From the NCBI GenBank assembly GCA_963662405.2, contig CAXXKT010000002.1:128001-192000 (forward strand): a stretch of 64,000 nucleotides of DNA, written 5' to 3'. The translations under genes were made by a program, and so were the position numbers. The notes under the pieces are model-generated. The model searched no databases and was not told the DNA's origin. It saw only the letters and a program-made list of their open reading frames with translations. Every line of letters begins with the position of its first letter. The first letter of the stretch is position 1. Of this stretch, positions 1-10,022 are shown one piece after another. The DNA is from Syntrophales bacterium (lineage in GTDB: Bacteria > Desulfobacterota > Syntrophia > Syntrophales > UBA2210).

Positions 1-47
1 TGTCAATACACACAACCTGCATAAGCTTATTTATCTCCTGTATCTTT

Positions 48-1253
48 TTACCCTATGGGATAATAACTCTGAGCGACCTCCAAACGACCCAGCTGGCCGC
101 CACCCTCCCACAGCTGGATGATCTTACTGTCCCTCAGGTATTTTTCAACATGATACTCTTTGATATATCCGTAGGCCCCCATCAACTCGATGGCCTTATT
201 GCATACCGTCTCCGTCACGTCACAGGCATACACCTTGGCACCGGTTGCCTTCCCCATCAGATAGGCATCGCCGGGATCGCCGTATTCTTTCCGGTTGTCG
301 AACATCGAGGCGACGCTCAGATAATAGGCCCGGGCGCTTTCGATCCCCATCGCCATGTCGGCTATCATCGCCGCCTGTAGTGTGTGTTCCCTGACTGCCT
401 TGCCCTTGTAAAAACGATTGGCCGTGTAGTCTATGACGATCTCAAGGACGGCCTGGGCATTGCCGATCGAAAAGGCGGCGGAACTGAGTCGTCCCCACGA
501 CAGGGCGGCCTTAAACAGCTGCCAGTCCTCTCCCGGTCCCGCGGCCCGGTATTCCTTCGGGACACGCACGTTATCAAAGAAGATATCCGCATTGATGTCG
601 CTATAGCGCATCCCCAGCTTGTTTTCGGGAATGCCGAACGAAAGACCCGGGACACCATCGGGAACATAGATCAGAGCGACCCCATCATCCCCCAGTGAAG
701 GATCCGTCGTACAGAGAACCCCGTAAATCTCGGCGACACTTGCCCCTCCGGGCCACCGCTTTGCCCCGTTGATAACCCACTCATCCCCATCCAATTTGGC
801 GGTTGTGCGGAGGGTCATCCCATGCTGAGTCGAATCCTCACCATTACACCCCCCGGCGGGTTCGCTCAGGGCGAAACAGGCGGTATGGCGTTCATCCGAG
901 CAGAACGGGGCCATGAACTTTTCTACCACCGTCTTGTTGCGGGCGCGCATCGCCGGCCCGAAGAGCCACTCGGGACAGGTCATTTCGGTTGCAATGCCGC
1001 TGTCTCCCCGCGCCAGTTCCTCGCACACGGCACAGTATTCGGCCGCTGAACCGATCGCCACCCCGCCGTATTTGGGAGAGAGACCGTATCGCTGCATCCC
1101 GATTCCGACCAGGTTTCCAATCACTTTCTCACAGGCTTCACGACTTTCATCAAGATCGAGCCTCACCGGCATGATCTCCTTGTCTACGAAATCCCGCGTG
1201 CTTTGCAAAAGCGCCCTGCTCTCTTCACCGATAAAATTCCCATACCTTTTCAT
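48..1253 (-). CDS. Acyl-CoA dehydrogenase
   Basis: 401 aa; ACAD motifs CFALSEPAGG, WVINGAKRW and ELMGAYGY...EKYLRDSKIIQLWEG. Confidence 0.93.
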   Translation of the reverse strand: MKRYGNFIGEESRALLQSTRDFVDKEIMPVRLDLDESREACEKVIGNLVGIGMQRYGLSPKYGGVAIGSAAEYCAVCEELARGDSGIATEMTCPEWLFGPAMRARNKTVVEKFMAPFCSDERHTACFALSEPAGGCNGEDSTQHGMTLRTTAKLDGDEWVINGAKRWPGGASVAEIYGVLCTTDPSLGDDGVALIYVPDGVPGLSFGIPENKLGMRYSDINADIFFDNVRVPKEYRAAGPGEDWQLFKAALSWGRLSSAAFSIGNAQAVLEIVIDYTANRFYKGKAVREHTLQAAMIADMAMGIESARAYYLSVASMFDNRKEYGDPGDAYLMGKATGAKVYACDVTETVCNKAIELMGAYGYIKEYHVEKYLRDSKIIQLWEGGGQLGRLEVAQSYYPIG

Positions 1254-1740
1254 AATTCGTCCCCCTCAATGTCCATTGCTCATGATCACCCTGCCCCACC
1301 GCTCCTTGCCAGGGGCCCACACAGACACAGACTTGTCCTCACTATAAGGAGATGCCGATGCTATGTCAAGGCAGGAAGGAATTTTGCCCGGGATGTCGAG
1401 TCCGGGACCCGGGATTCGTTTCACATCGCCGAAAGTGCTTTGCTACCGGCGACACCCCATTGTCCACTAACGGTACCTCGAGAGCGAGAAGCGAATTCAG
1501 CGGAGCGCGAATCAGGAAATCAACACTTCCTCGGCCTGACGGAAGATCCGGTCCGGCACCTTTTTCCTGCAGCGACGCGGCGAAATAGACCACTGACCTT
1601 CACGATGTTCCGTGCAAGGGTTCTCACCCCCGAACGCAATCTTTCAATTCCTGATTTTGTTGATAAAATGCCTTCGATACGCTACCATCGGCAGTGGAAA
1701 TGACGTTTTTTTGTTCTTGGCAAAAAAGGAGGGGGAACCC

Positions 1741-2199
1741 ATGAAGTTTAAATCATTGGACCGTGCCTTGATTTTCGCCGCGGACAAGGAAGACGCCTCA
1801 CATCGTTTGTATATTTCATTCCTTAACATCGTCAGAAATGAGGCCTCAAAAAAGCTTCTCACGGAACTTGCCGCCCAGGAGCTGAATCACAAGGCGCTTA
1901 TTGAAGACGCTCGTGCCACCGGAGATATAGCCACCATCGGAGGTAAACGACAAATCAGTGAAATCAGCTTCAGCGACTATATGGTTGCCGATACCATCAA
2001 CCCCGATAGCAATCCCCAGGAATTGATGAGGTTTGCCATGAAAATGGAGAAGGCGGCGTATGACCTGTACGTGGATCTCCTGGACAACTATAGCGGTACG
2101 GAAATGGAACCTCTTTTCTCGCGCCTTGCCCATGAGGAGCTGCAGCACAAGGAGATACTCGAAGATCAGTATGAAAAGCATATAGCCCAGTGGATGTGA
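1741..2199 (+). CDS. Ferritin-like / rubrerythrin-family diiron protein
   Basis: Two ExxH repeats (QELNHK, EELQHK); ATG 1741 preceded by AGGAGGGG. Confidence 0.8.
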   Translation: MKFKSLDRALIFAADKEDASHRLYISFLNIVRNEASKKLLTELAAQELNHKALIEDARATGDIATIGGKRQISEISFSDYMVADTINPDSNPQELMRFAMKMEKAAYDLYVDLLDNYSGTEMEPLFSRLAHEELQHKEILEDQYEKHIAQWM

Positions 2200-2337
2200 G
2201 CTTTTTCTTTCACCCGGAATCGATTGACAAAAGAATGTTTCGCCTCCCGACAGATGACATGAGGGAACATCTTCTCTGTTGATGCCGCGGATGTGTAAAA
2301 GAATGGAGCAGGGAGTGCTCTCTCTATTTCCGATAAC

Positions 2338-3167
2338 TTAGGCAATTGAAATAGTGCCACGATCTCTGAGAATGATTCCTTCCCGCTCAAGCTGGTCAAG
2401 GACCCCCTTGATACGTTCCGTGCCGAAGGGAAGACTTTGGATAAGGGTTGTTTCCAACAATCGGACCTCTCCCAGGGTGTAACGGACAATCGCTCCTCGC
2501 ACCTGGCGAACAGAACCTTCAAAGGGTGATTGCCTCTGGTGGTGAGCGCTCCTTCGAGCAGGATTTACGTAGGCCTTCTTGAGAAAGGTCCCGTAGTCCA
2601 TAAGGGCATTGTACCAACTCCTTGGGTTCTTGCGGTCAATCGTTTCATCAACCAGCGCACGAAGGGCCGAATCGGCAACGGTTTCCTCATGATCAAAAAA
2701 TGATGTATGAAAACGGCGCGGATATTGGTCTCGATCAAGATAACCGGTTCGTTGAATGCAAAGGCTCGCACGGCGCGGGCGGTGGCATGACCGATCCCGG
2801 GGAGCAATAGAAGCGATTCCTCTTCGCGGGGAACGATACCCCCGCAGGATGCGACAATTCGTTCCGCCGCCTGTCTCAACATCAGGGCTCGGCGATTGTA
2901 TCCCAACCCTTGCCAGGCATCCAGAACATCGTGGAGCGAAGCGGCGGCAAGTGTTGCAATATCGGGGAAGCGACGCATGAATGCTTCGTATTTCAGAAGG
3001 ACGCGGGGAACCTGCGTCTGCTGGAGCATGACCTCCGAGACGAGTATCCGGTAGGGATCGACGGTTTTCCTCCAGGGCAGATCCCGTCCGTGTCGTTCAT
3101 AGTAGTCATATACCGTTTGTTGGAATGCTTTTACCCGTTGGGTGGTCAGGGTGGTGCTGTCACTCAT
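2338..3167 (-). pseudogene. A/G-specific adenine glycosylase (MutY-like, HhH-GPD), split by a 1-nt frameshift at the A6 run 2695-2700 (likely sequencing error)
   Basis: RDLPWR, VSEVMLQQT, WQGLGY and LPGIG motifs; adding one T on the minus strand joins IHHFF to DHEETVAD...NALMDYG in ORF 2338..2601. Confidence 0.8.
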
Positions 3168-3186
3168 AAAGATGCGGTTCCGTTCC

Positions 3187-3795
3187 TCAGACTGTCTCGA
3201 TATTCGTCTCGTCACCGGCAAAGAGGTGTGGCTCCACCGCCCGTTTCAGGTCCTCCCAGAAGACCGTTCGTTTGGGCGATCCCACCGGTTCCTGTGTGGG
3301 AAACTCGAGAAACGGCACCAGGATATGTTCCTGCGCCAACTCTTCCGCGAGTATCTCCGCCATAATCCCCATGAGTACCGGATCATCGGGATCGGGAGTT
3401 TCGACCGGGTTCGGGGATTCCGTTTGGTATCGGTTCACCTTGTGTCTTCCCCAATGAATCCCGCAGGTGGGACTGTTCTCGAGACCGACAAAACAGGTCA
3501 GGCGGTATTTCTGGGAGAGAAACTCGCGAACCATCAGCAGGGGAACGGTAAGCAGTTGCTTGCAGTGTTCGCGAAAGAAGATATTGTCATACTGCTGGCG
3601 CCCCTGGGGATTGCGCATCAGGCCCATTGCCGTTGTCTCCGGGCAGGGATACTGAATGATCCCGACCCGCCGGTCCATCAGGTAATCGGTCAATTCATGG
3701 GAGAGGGGGAAATTTTGCCCCAGGAGATGGACCCTGCAGTACGGATTGATGAGGCACTGGGCAATTATGATGATCTTTCGATCCTTTTTTGCCAT
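3187..3795 (-). CDS. TudS/DUF523-related (CD3072-like) putative Fe-S desulfidase
   Basis: Motifs AQCLIN, QYPCPE and SPTCG; ATG 3795 with GGAGG. Confidence 0.65.
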   Translation of the reverse strand: MAKKDRKIIIIAQCLINPYCRVHLLGQNFPLSHELTDYLMDRRVGIIQYPCPETTAMGLMRNPQGRQQYDNIFFREHCKQLLTVPLLMVREFLSQKYRLTCFVGLENSPTCGIHWGRHKVNRYQTESPNPVETPDPDDPVLMGIMAEILAEELAQEHILVPFLEFPTQEPVGSPKRTVFWEDLKRAVEPHLFAGDETNIETV

Positions 3796-3899
3796 GGGGA
3801 TACCCTCCTCTTCTGATTTACACACTACCTTAGTTCATCTTCTAATTACAGACGTATAGACGTTAAGGCTCATGTATGACCTTTATTTATGGAAACCCG

Positions 3900-4287
3900 T
3901 CACTTTCCGTCTCCCACGAGGGGAAGCACCATATCAACGCTGAAGGAGACCAGATACCGCGTGTCCTCTGCGTGTTCCGTGTGTTTTCCATGGCGCGGGT
4001 GCGACCGGATCTCATGAATCAACTGCGGATCGTCCGTTTCTCCCGTTCGGGTCAGGTACAGGCGTTTTCCCCGCGGAGCGATTACCCACCTCCCTGAAGA
4101 GATACACCGCGCTGTCGTTTTCCCGGAGATTGGCATGCGTCAGCCGATCCGCCATGATAAAGGCAACGGTGGATTCATCTATGAAATGAGGCCTGCCGTA
4201 GATCGCCGCGTTTACCTTCCCCGCCGCATCGGCCGTGGCGAGAACCCCCGTGCCTTCTGCACCTTCAAAATACTCCCTCAACGTCAT
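3900..4287 (-). pseudogene. Pyridoxamine 5'-phosphate oxidase-like FMN-binding protein, split by one extra base at the T4 run 4065-4068
   Basis: GVLATADAAGKVNAAIYGRP N-terminus; removing one base joins ...SAGK to RLYLTRTGE...VLPLVGDGK of ORF 3900..4136. Confidence 0.72.
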
Positions 4288-4332
4288 GATCTCCCCCCCC
4301 TTTTTACATAGTCTCTTTCGACATATCCCCTA

Positions 4333-5253
4333 TTATTCTCGAAGGGTCAGCCGGTAGGCCGATATCATATTCACCGGGTAATAGGATTTTTTAACCTGCG
4401 TCAGTCCCGGAAGACCCATGTCACTTTCCTTGTTGAGATATTCCAGCTCCGGGAACAGCCTCCGGGCACACTCTCGATCGAAGAACTGATAGAGGCCTTT
4501 GAAGCGCTGCGAGGCCTTCTGAAAATGGAGCACACTCGTCGTCCCCGTGAGCTGTGAAGCGATACCAAAGGCCTGCACCGTCCCATCGATTGAGAGCATG
4601 ACGCTTCTGAAGCCCAGGGTATTGATATGTTGCAGTGCGTTTCGTGTTGCGTGCCACTCACAGGCGAGATCCTCGTCTCTGTCGACATCACAATCACGCT
4701 CTTCGCACCACCGATCCAGGAATTCGAGACACCCGGGTATGTCTTCCGTCGCTATGGTCCTCATCACGACATTACCCACCTCTTCAGGATATTCCCGCTC
4801 GAACTGTTTGATGAGATTGCGCTTCTTCGCGTATCTTCTCCCCGCCAACGTTGCCAGGTCCTCGGTCCGGTACACATAGTCGTCGTACCCTTCCTGGCGG
4901 GTCACGACAAAGAGCTCATCCAGTGACTTCCCCCCGTTTCTCTCAATGTAATCCCCGGGAACGAACCAGTAATTCCCGCACCCCGTTCGGCGGGAGAGAT
5001 CGGCGAGTTCTACGGGGGTGTATTCCCTATCGGGAGAAATGGGGAGTATCAGGTGGGATCGTTCCCTTCCTGTCGCAAATTCGGCATAGACATAGAGGGT
5101 ATCGCCGTCAACGGCACCACAGGGGCGGTAGACATCGCTGGTCCAGACGAGGATCGAGGAGAGCGCGTACGGGCACAGTCGATACCGCTGCCCGGCGAAA
5201 AAGGGCCTGAGCGATGCATAATCCGAAGGTAACAGGGGTTTGAAATTCATCAC
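4333..5253 (-). CDS. DUF2156 / phosphatidylglycerol lysyltransferase-domain protein
   Basis: DYVY..EDLATLAGRRYAKKRN and YLNKESDMGLPGL..VKKSYYP motifs. Confidence 0.8.
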   Translation of the reverse strand: MMNFKPLLPSDYASLRPFFAGQRYRLCPYALSSILVWTSDVYRPCGAVDGDTLYVYAEFATGRERSHLILPISPDREYTPVELADLSRRTGCGNYWFVPGDYIERNGGKSLDELFVVTRQEGYDDYVYRTEDLATLAGRRYAKKRNLIKQFEREYPEEVGNVVMRTIATEDIPGCLEFLDRWCEERDCDVDRDEDLACEWHATRNALQHINTLGFRSVMLSIDGTVQAFGIASQLTGTTSVLHFQKASQRFKGLYQFFDRECARRLFPELEYLNKESDMGLPGLTQVKKSYYPVNMISAYRLTLRE

Positions 5254-5663
5254 TCCACCCGCAGCATGGGCGTTGCCCGTTTCATGACGGAAAAGCCGAG
5301 ACGTTCATAGAAGGGGTATGTATCCCGTTCGGCTATGAGACCGATCCACCGTATCCCATCCCGCTCGAGCCGATCGATCAAGGCCTTGATGATCCGTGTC
5401 CCCATACCCCGCCCGCGGCATGCATCCATAACCATCACATCCTGTATGTAGGCATCACTGATCCCGTCACTGATGGCTCGTCCCATACCGACGACACGCC
5501 TGTCGTCACGGACAAGAAGGAAGCAGTGACTCCCGGCGATGATCTGCCTGACCGTATCGTGGTTCTCCCCTTCCTGATTCCACCAACCTTCTTTCCTGTA
5601 GAGATCCGTTATCTGGGAGATTTCTTCGGAACAGAGCTGATCAATGAATGTATACGTAATCAT
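5250..5663 (-). CDS. GNAT family N-acetyltransferase
   Basis: VGMGRAISDG...RGRGMG...FYERLGF. Confidence 0.85.
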   Translation of the reverse strand: MITYTFIDQLCSEEISQITDLYRKEGWWNQEGENHDTVRQIIAGSHCFLLVRDDRRVVGMGRAISDGISDAYIQDVMVMDACRGRGMGTRIIKALIDRLERDGIRWIGLIAERDTYPFYERLGFSVMKRATPMLRVE

Positions 5664-5846
5664 CTTGCATATGTTATCAAGATTCTCAAAAAAAATCTAC
5701 CCGTGGAGGGGGCAATGGCGGGGGGGTGGGCATAAAAACAATATACGAACACCACACCGACACTCGGCTGAAAAGCCAACACCGGAGGGAACGATATCCG
5801 AATCAGATACCATCGCGTCACAACTTACGGCACATCAGCTGGATAT

Positions 5847-6471
5847 TCAATCTATGACATTCTCACATCCCGCCAGGTGATCGATGCCGTTGAAAAAGGG
5901 TAATATCCCCCCGTCCGTCTTTGAATTCTACGAATGTTTTTGACGCAACATCCACATGAACCTGTCTGAGGTGAGAGAGGTCCATCCCCCTGATCTTGCA
6001 AAGAATGGTCATAATGGTAAAGTTGTGTGAGGTAATCAGAGTGGTGCCCCACCCGGGCGAGTGATAATACGCTCGACGGCTCCCCAGGCCCGTTCCTGAA
6101 GTTCGGTAAGGGATTCACCGGCCGGCATGGCTATAGAGGCGGGGTCTTTTATCCACCGTTTCAAGAAGTCCCCGTGAGTCACTCTCATTTCCTGCAAGAC
6201 GATCCCTTCAAAATCACCCAGGTTGAGTTCCATCAGGTCATCTTCGTATTGAATCGGGAGGTTATGAAAGCGATTGATCGCTTCGGCCGTCTGAACCGCC
6301 CGTTTCAGTGGACTCGACACAATGGTATCAACCCGTTCATCCTTGAGCGATCCTCCGAGTCTGTCCGCCTGGGCCTTCCCCCGTTCACTGAGTTCGATAT
6401 CGCTCACAACCCTGCGCCCGATGCTCGCGGTTCCATAATGTCTGACCGTGACGTACCAATATGAGTCTCAC
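5847..6471 (-). pseudogene. Histidine phosphatase (phosphoglycerate mutase/CobC-like) with about three single-base frameshifts
   Basis: GTG 6471 after AGGAGG gives MRLILVRHGQTLWN (RHG motif); SSPLKRA and ELNLGDFEG in the next frame; TLITSHNF in a third frame; shifts near 6408, 6047-6050 and 5893-5897. Confidence 0.75.
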
Positions 6472-6700
6472 ATACAACCTCCTGGCGATTCCTCACCGAT
6501 GTATGTACTAACGCGCCGGAGACTTGATTGCAAGAAGATCCTGGATAACCTTGATAGTGAAGCAACAAAAAGATACCTTTTCAAAGGTGTGAATCTATGG
6601 CATCATGACTGCACGGTATGCGTTTGCGATCAATGAACCAGGGGCCTACCATACTTGCCCCTTATCCAGAGTATCAAGAAGAATAAAGGAGGGTATAGCG

Positions 6701-7534
6701 ATGCAAGCATTGTTTACGTTAACACCGGCGGAATCGAAGCGTCTGATCGCCAAAGGTATCGTTTCACTTCCCGAGGTGAATGAGGCCAAGGAGGAGGGAT
6801 ATCTGCTCGTCGGGCGGGGATCGACAAACGGTTATATCGCGGAAGAATTACTGGGGGAACCGGTAGAGAAGGAAAAATACGCCGTCGGCCAGGTCATCAG
6901 GGGAATTACCTGTGCCCTTGTCCAAGGGGTGCGTATGCAACCGGTCACCTTCCACAAAAACAAACTGTTGAAGGTGGACCCTTCCACCGTCATCGACGAT
7001 TTAGGACCGGGAGATATCCTCCTGAAAGGGGCCAATGCCTTCGATGATATGGGGCATGTCGGGATCGTAATGGCAAATCCCATGGGTGGCACCATGGGAC
7101 AATTTTTTCTCCCCATGAAGGCCCGGGGGGCAACCATTATCTACCCCGTCGGTCTCGAGAAGATGATCCCGTCCGTTGAAGAGGCAGCCATGATGGGAGG
7201 AATACATACCATTGAACGGAGTATCGGTGTTCCCGTCGGTATGCTCTGTGTGACCGACGGCACGGCATACACCGAGTTGGACGCCCTTGATGACCTCTTC
7301 GATGTCGAGGCCGTTCACTTCGCATCCGGTGGATACGGCGGCGCAGAGGGGGCCGTCACGATAATCGTTGACGGATATGAAGAAGATGTGAATCGGTGTT
7401 GCGACTATATCGAAAGCATCAAGGGAGAACCCTCCCTTCCGGGGATCAAACCTCTCTGTAAAACCTGCCCGATTCGGTGCAGTTTTCAGGGGATGGAGGA
7501 GGATGCCCTCCCGGATTACCTGCGGGAACCGTGA
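6701..7534 (+). CDS. Conserved hypothetical protein with C-terminal CxxCxxxC
   Basis: 277 aa from ATG 6701 (SD AAGGAGG); LTPAESKRLIAK start; ends CKTCPIRC. Confidence 0.7.
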   Translation: MQALFTLTPAESKRLIAKGIVSLPEVNEAKEEGYLLVGRGSTNGYIAEELLGEPVEKEKYAVGQVIRGITCALVQGVRMQPVTFHKNKLLKVDPSTVIDDLGPGDILLKGANAFDDMGHVGIVMANPMGGTMGQFFLPMKARGATIIYPVGLEKMIPSVEEAAMMGGIHTIERSIGVPVGMLCVTDGTAYTELDALDDLFDVEAVHFASGGYGGAEGAVTIIVDGYEEDVNRCCDYIESIKGEPSLPGIKPLCKTCPIRCSFQGMEEDALPDYLREP

Positions 7535-7548
7535 GGTTATCCCGACCC

Positions 7549-8136
7549 TCAGGGATCGTGGCGATCGGACGGTGAGATCTTCCGGATGGTCTTCACCACC
7601 CGTCTACCGACGGCTTGTGCCTCTTCGAGAGCGGTAAAGGCAGGGGCACCACCGGGACCATTGCGGACATCTCCCTTGTCCCGTCCGTAGCCGATTCCGC
7701 CGCCGGCGATCATCATCCCCTGGACGGCGAAGTAGCTGTAAAGGAGACTGAGGATCTGTCCCTCTCCGGTCCGCCGGGTCGCGACGAGGGCCGCGGCCAC
7801 CTTTCCGCGGAGTTTCCCATGGAGGAGCGAGACGTAGGTCCGGTCGATGACGGCCTTTGCCTGGGCGCTCACGTTGTTGAAGAATGAAGGAGTTCCGAGG
7901 ATGATCCCGTCGGCCCCCTCGAAGGCGCGGTAGATATCCTGCATGTCGTCTTCGATCCGGCACTCACCGCTCTTCGAACAGGTGTTGCACCCGTCACAGG
8001 GGGCGATCTGCCGGTCCGCCACCAGGATCAGCTCCGTTTCGCTCCCCGCCTCGCGCGCCGCACCGAGGGCCTCGGTGACCAGTATCTCGGTGTTTCCTCC
8101 CTTCCGCGGGCTGCAGACGATGCCGACAATCTTCAT
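7549..8136 (-). CDS. Iron-sulfur flavoprotein / flavodoxin-like NAD(P)H-dependent FMN reductase
   Basis: SPRKGGNT, CDGCNTC...C and ADGIILGTP motifs. Confidence 0.85.
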   Translation of the reverse strand: MKIVGIVCSPRKGGNTEILVTEALGAAREAGSETELILVADRQIAPCDGCNTCSKSGECRIEDDMQDIYRAFEGADGIILGTPSFFNNVSAQAKAVIDRTYVSLLHGKLRGKVAAALVATRRTGEGQILSLLYSYFAVQGMMIAGGGIGYGRDKGDVRNGPGGAPAFTALEEAQAVGRRVVKTIRKISPSDRHDP

Positions 8137-8150
8137 GTGCAATGCCCCTC

Positions 8151-9254
8151 TCAGAGAGACCGTATCCCGATAACGTCCCTGACATGCATATGCGTTGATT
8201 CACTGACGTCGAGGCCTTCCTGGACCCTCTCCAGGACCAGGGGCTTTTCTTCGGGGAACTTGTATCCCTCGTAGTCCTGCCTGAAGAGCAGACCGCCCCG
8301 CCGGTCGAGCCATGAGTTCATCGCGTGATCGAAACAGACCCGGGAGGTTACGTCAAGTCCCTGAACCATCAGCTGCACCTCTTCGAGCCGCTCATGCGGG
8401 GATGAGAGGTGCAGGTCTTCCCGCTCATAGTCTTCGTAGATGGGGGTCCCGATCCTCGGCACGAAGGGCCGCGAACGGATGTAGTGGGGATTGATCGCCG
8501 TGAGGACGCGGGCGGTATTCTCCGCGTGCTGGCGCCACCGCTCCCGTCCGCCCAGATCGGGCATCCAGTACTCCGAAAGCTGAAAGCCCGCCTCCATGGC
8601 CTTTCTCCCGCCCTCGATCTGTTCTTCGCTCGTCACACCCTTTCGGACAATCCCGAGAAGTTCGTCGTCCCCCGTCTCGAGCCCCACGTGCAGGCGGGTG
8701 AGACCGGCATCACAGATCTCTTTCAACTGTTCAACCTTTCTCTGAGCGAGGGTCTTCGACCGTGCATAGGTGGTAACCCGCTTCAGCGAAGGAAGCGTCT
8801 TCCTGAGGTATCTCAGGACCTCCACGAATTCCGGCGGCCGCATGATCAGGCTGTTCGCGTCTTGGAGAAATGCCGTTTTAGCCCCCGAGGTGAGCCAGTC
8901 AAAGACAGAGATAAAACAGTGGTTGGTGTAGAATGACGGATCGGACCGCAGGATGGTTATCGCCACATCCCGGTTTATACGCCCGCCATGCCCCAGCTTC
9001 CGTGAGATTGCCTGTATCTCATCGATGATTCCCCTGACCGAATCGATATCGGCCTTTATCTCCTCCACCGACCGATAGACAAATTTTTCGCCCTTATACA
9101 TCTCGCAGAAGGTGCACTTGTTCCAGGGGCAGTTCCGGGTAAAGCGAAGGAGCAGGGAAAAACTCCCCCCCTCGCTCGGTGGTCGGTACATTCCAATATC
9201 AAAGGAATACCGCTTGAGTTTTTCAATATGGGGTCTATAGTCGCTTCCTGGCAT
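8151..9254 (-). CDS. Radical SAM protein
   Basis: CPWNKCTFC (CxxxCxxC); YRPPSE N-terminal motif; HVGLETG. Confidence 0.88.
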   Translation of the reverse strand: MPGSDYRPHIEKLKRYSFDIGMYRPPSEGGSFSLLLRFTRNCPWNKCTFCEMYKGEKFVYRSVEEIKADIDSVRGIIDEIQAISRKLGHGGRINRDVAITILRSDPSFYTNHCFISVFDWLTSGAKTAFLQDANSLIMRPPEFVEVLRYLRKTLPSLKRVTTYARSKTLAQRKVEQLKEICDAGLTRLHVGLETGDDELLGIVRKGVTSEEQIEGGRKAMEAGFQLSEYWMPDLGGRERWRQHAENTARVLTAINPHYIRSRPFVPRIGTPIYEDYEREDLHLSSPHERLEEVQLMVQGLDVTSRVCFDHAMNSWLDRRGGLLFRQDYEGYKFPEEKPLVLERVQEGLDVSESTHMHVRDVIGIRSL

Positions 9255-9481
9255 ATATGGGACCTCTTTTTCTTACTTTTTTTATAAGCTAACGTTTCTC
9301 TCCCCATTTGTCAAAGGCGGGTTTTGAGCCCCCCTCCTGTCGTTCGACACACACGGGTCGATTTTCTTACCTCTCAACCACGGGAGGGTACGCTTGAAAA
9401 GTGACTTTCCGGGACAACAGCCCGACAACGTTCCGATAAGAATCGGTTGAGATAAGCCCTTACTCCGTATCGGATTCCCGC

Positions 9482-9514
9482 TTGACATTCGCGATAAAGG
9501 TTGTATCATACAAC
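9482..9514 (+). promoter_or_regulatory. Sigma70-like promoter overlapped by a 7-1-7 palindromic operator, upstream of marR-hgcAB
   Basis: TTGACA 9482-9487; TATCAT 9504-9509; palindrome GTTGTAT-C-ATACAAC 9500-9514. Confidence 0.6.
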
Positions 9515-9515
9515 T

Positions 9516-10022
9516 ATGTCTACTGAGAAACATCCCGATACGAGGAAGCTTCTTTTTCTGATTGCAGAGCTCTGCCAGACGGCGCGGTGCTGCCGACAGG
9601 ATGCCCTCTTTTGCGAAGGAGTTACCTTCTCACAGTTTCTTATCCTCGACGCCCTGGCCACCCAGGGTTTCATGAAGATGGCGGATCTCCATACCATCCT
9701 TGCCGTGGAGAAGAGCACCACGACGCGTCTCGTCAAACCCCTTATAGAAAGCAATCTGGTGCGACAGGAAAAGATGAACCACGACCGGAGAGCGATATAC
9801 CTGCGCACCACACCCGAAGGGGAAGAAACATACCGGCGGGTATGGGACTGTTTCACAGAATTTGCCGCGGCAATCAGGGGAAAGATTCCGGAAGATGAGC
9901 GGCCACAGGTCTATCGTGCCCTCGGTATCATCCTTGATGCGATACGTGATACATCGTCTGTATGCAATCGTAATAATACAAAGGATGCACATAATGGACA
10001 ATCCGAATTTCAGATCATTTGA
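9516..10022 (+). CDS. MarR-family transcriptional regulator with Cys-rich N-terminus
   Basis: wHTH TFSQFLIL...VEKSTTTRLVKPL...DRR; N-terminal CQTARCC...FC. Confidence 0.85.
   Translation: MSTEKHPDTRKLLFLIAELCQTARCCRQDALFCEGVTFSQFLILDALATQGFMKMADLHTILAVEKSTTTRLVKPLIESNLVRQEKMNHDRRAIYLRTTPEGEETYRRVWDCFTEFAAAIRGKIPEDERPQVYRALGIILDAIRDTSSVCNRNNTKDAHNGQSEFQII

Noticed and set aside
4061..4075. Programmed ribosomal frameshift at GGGGAAAA in the PNPOx-like gene
   Set aside because: The required shift is +1, not the -1 expected for such a slippery site, and neighbouring genes show similar homopolymer indels.
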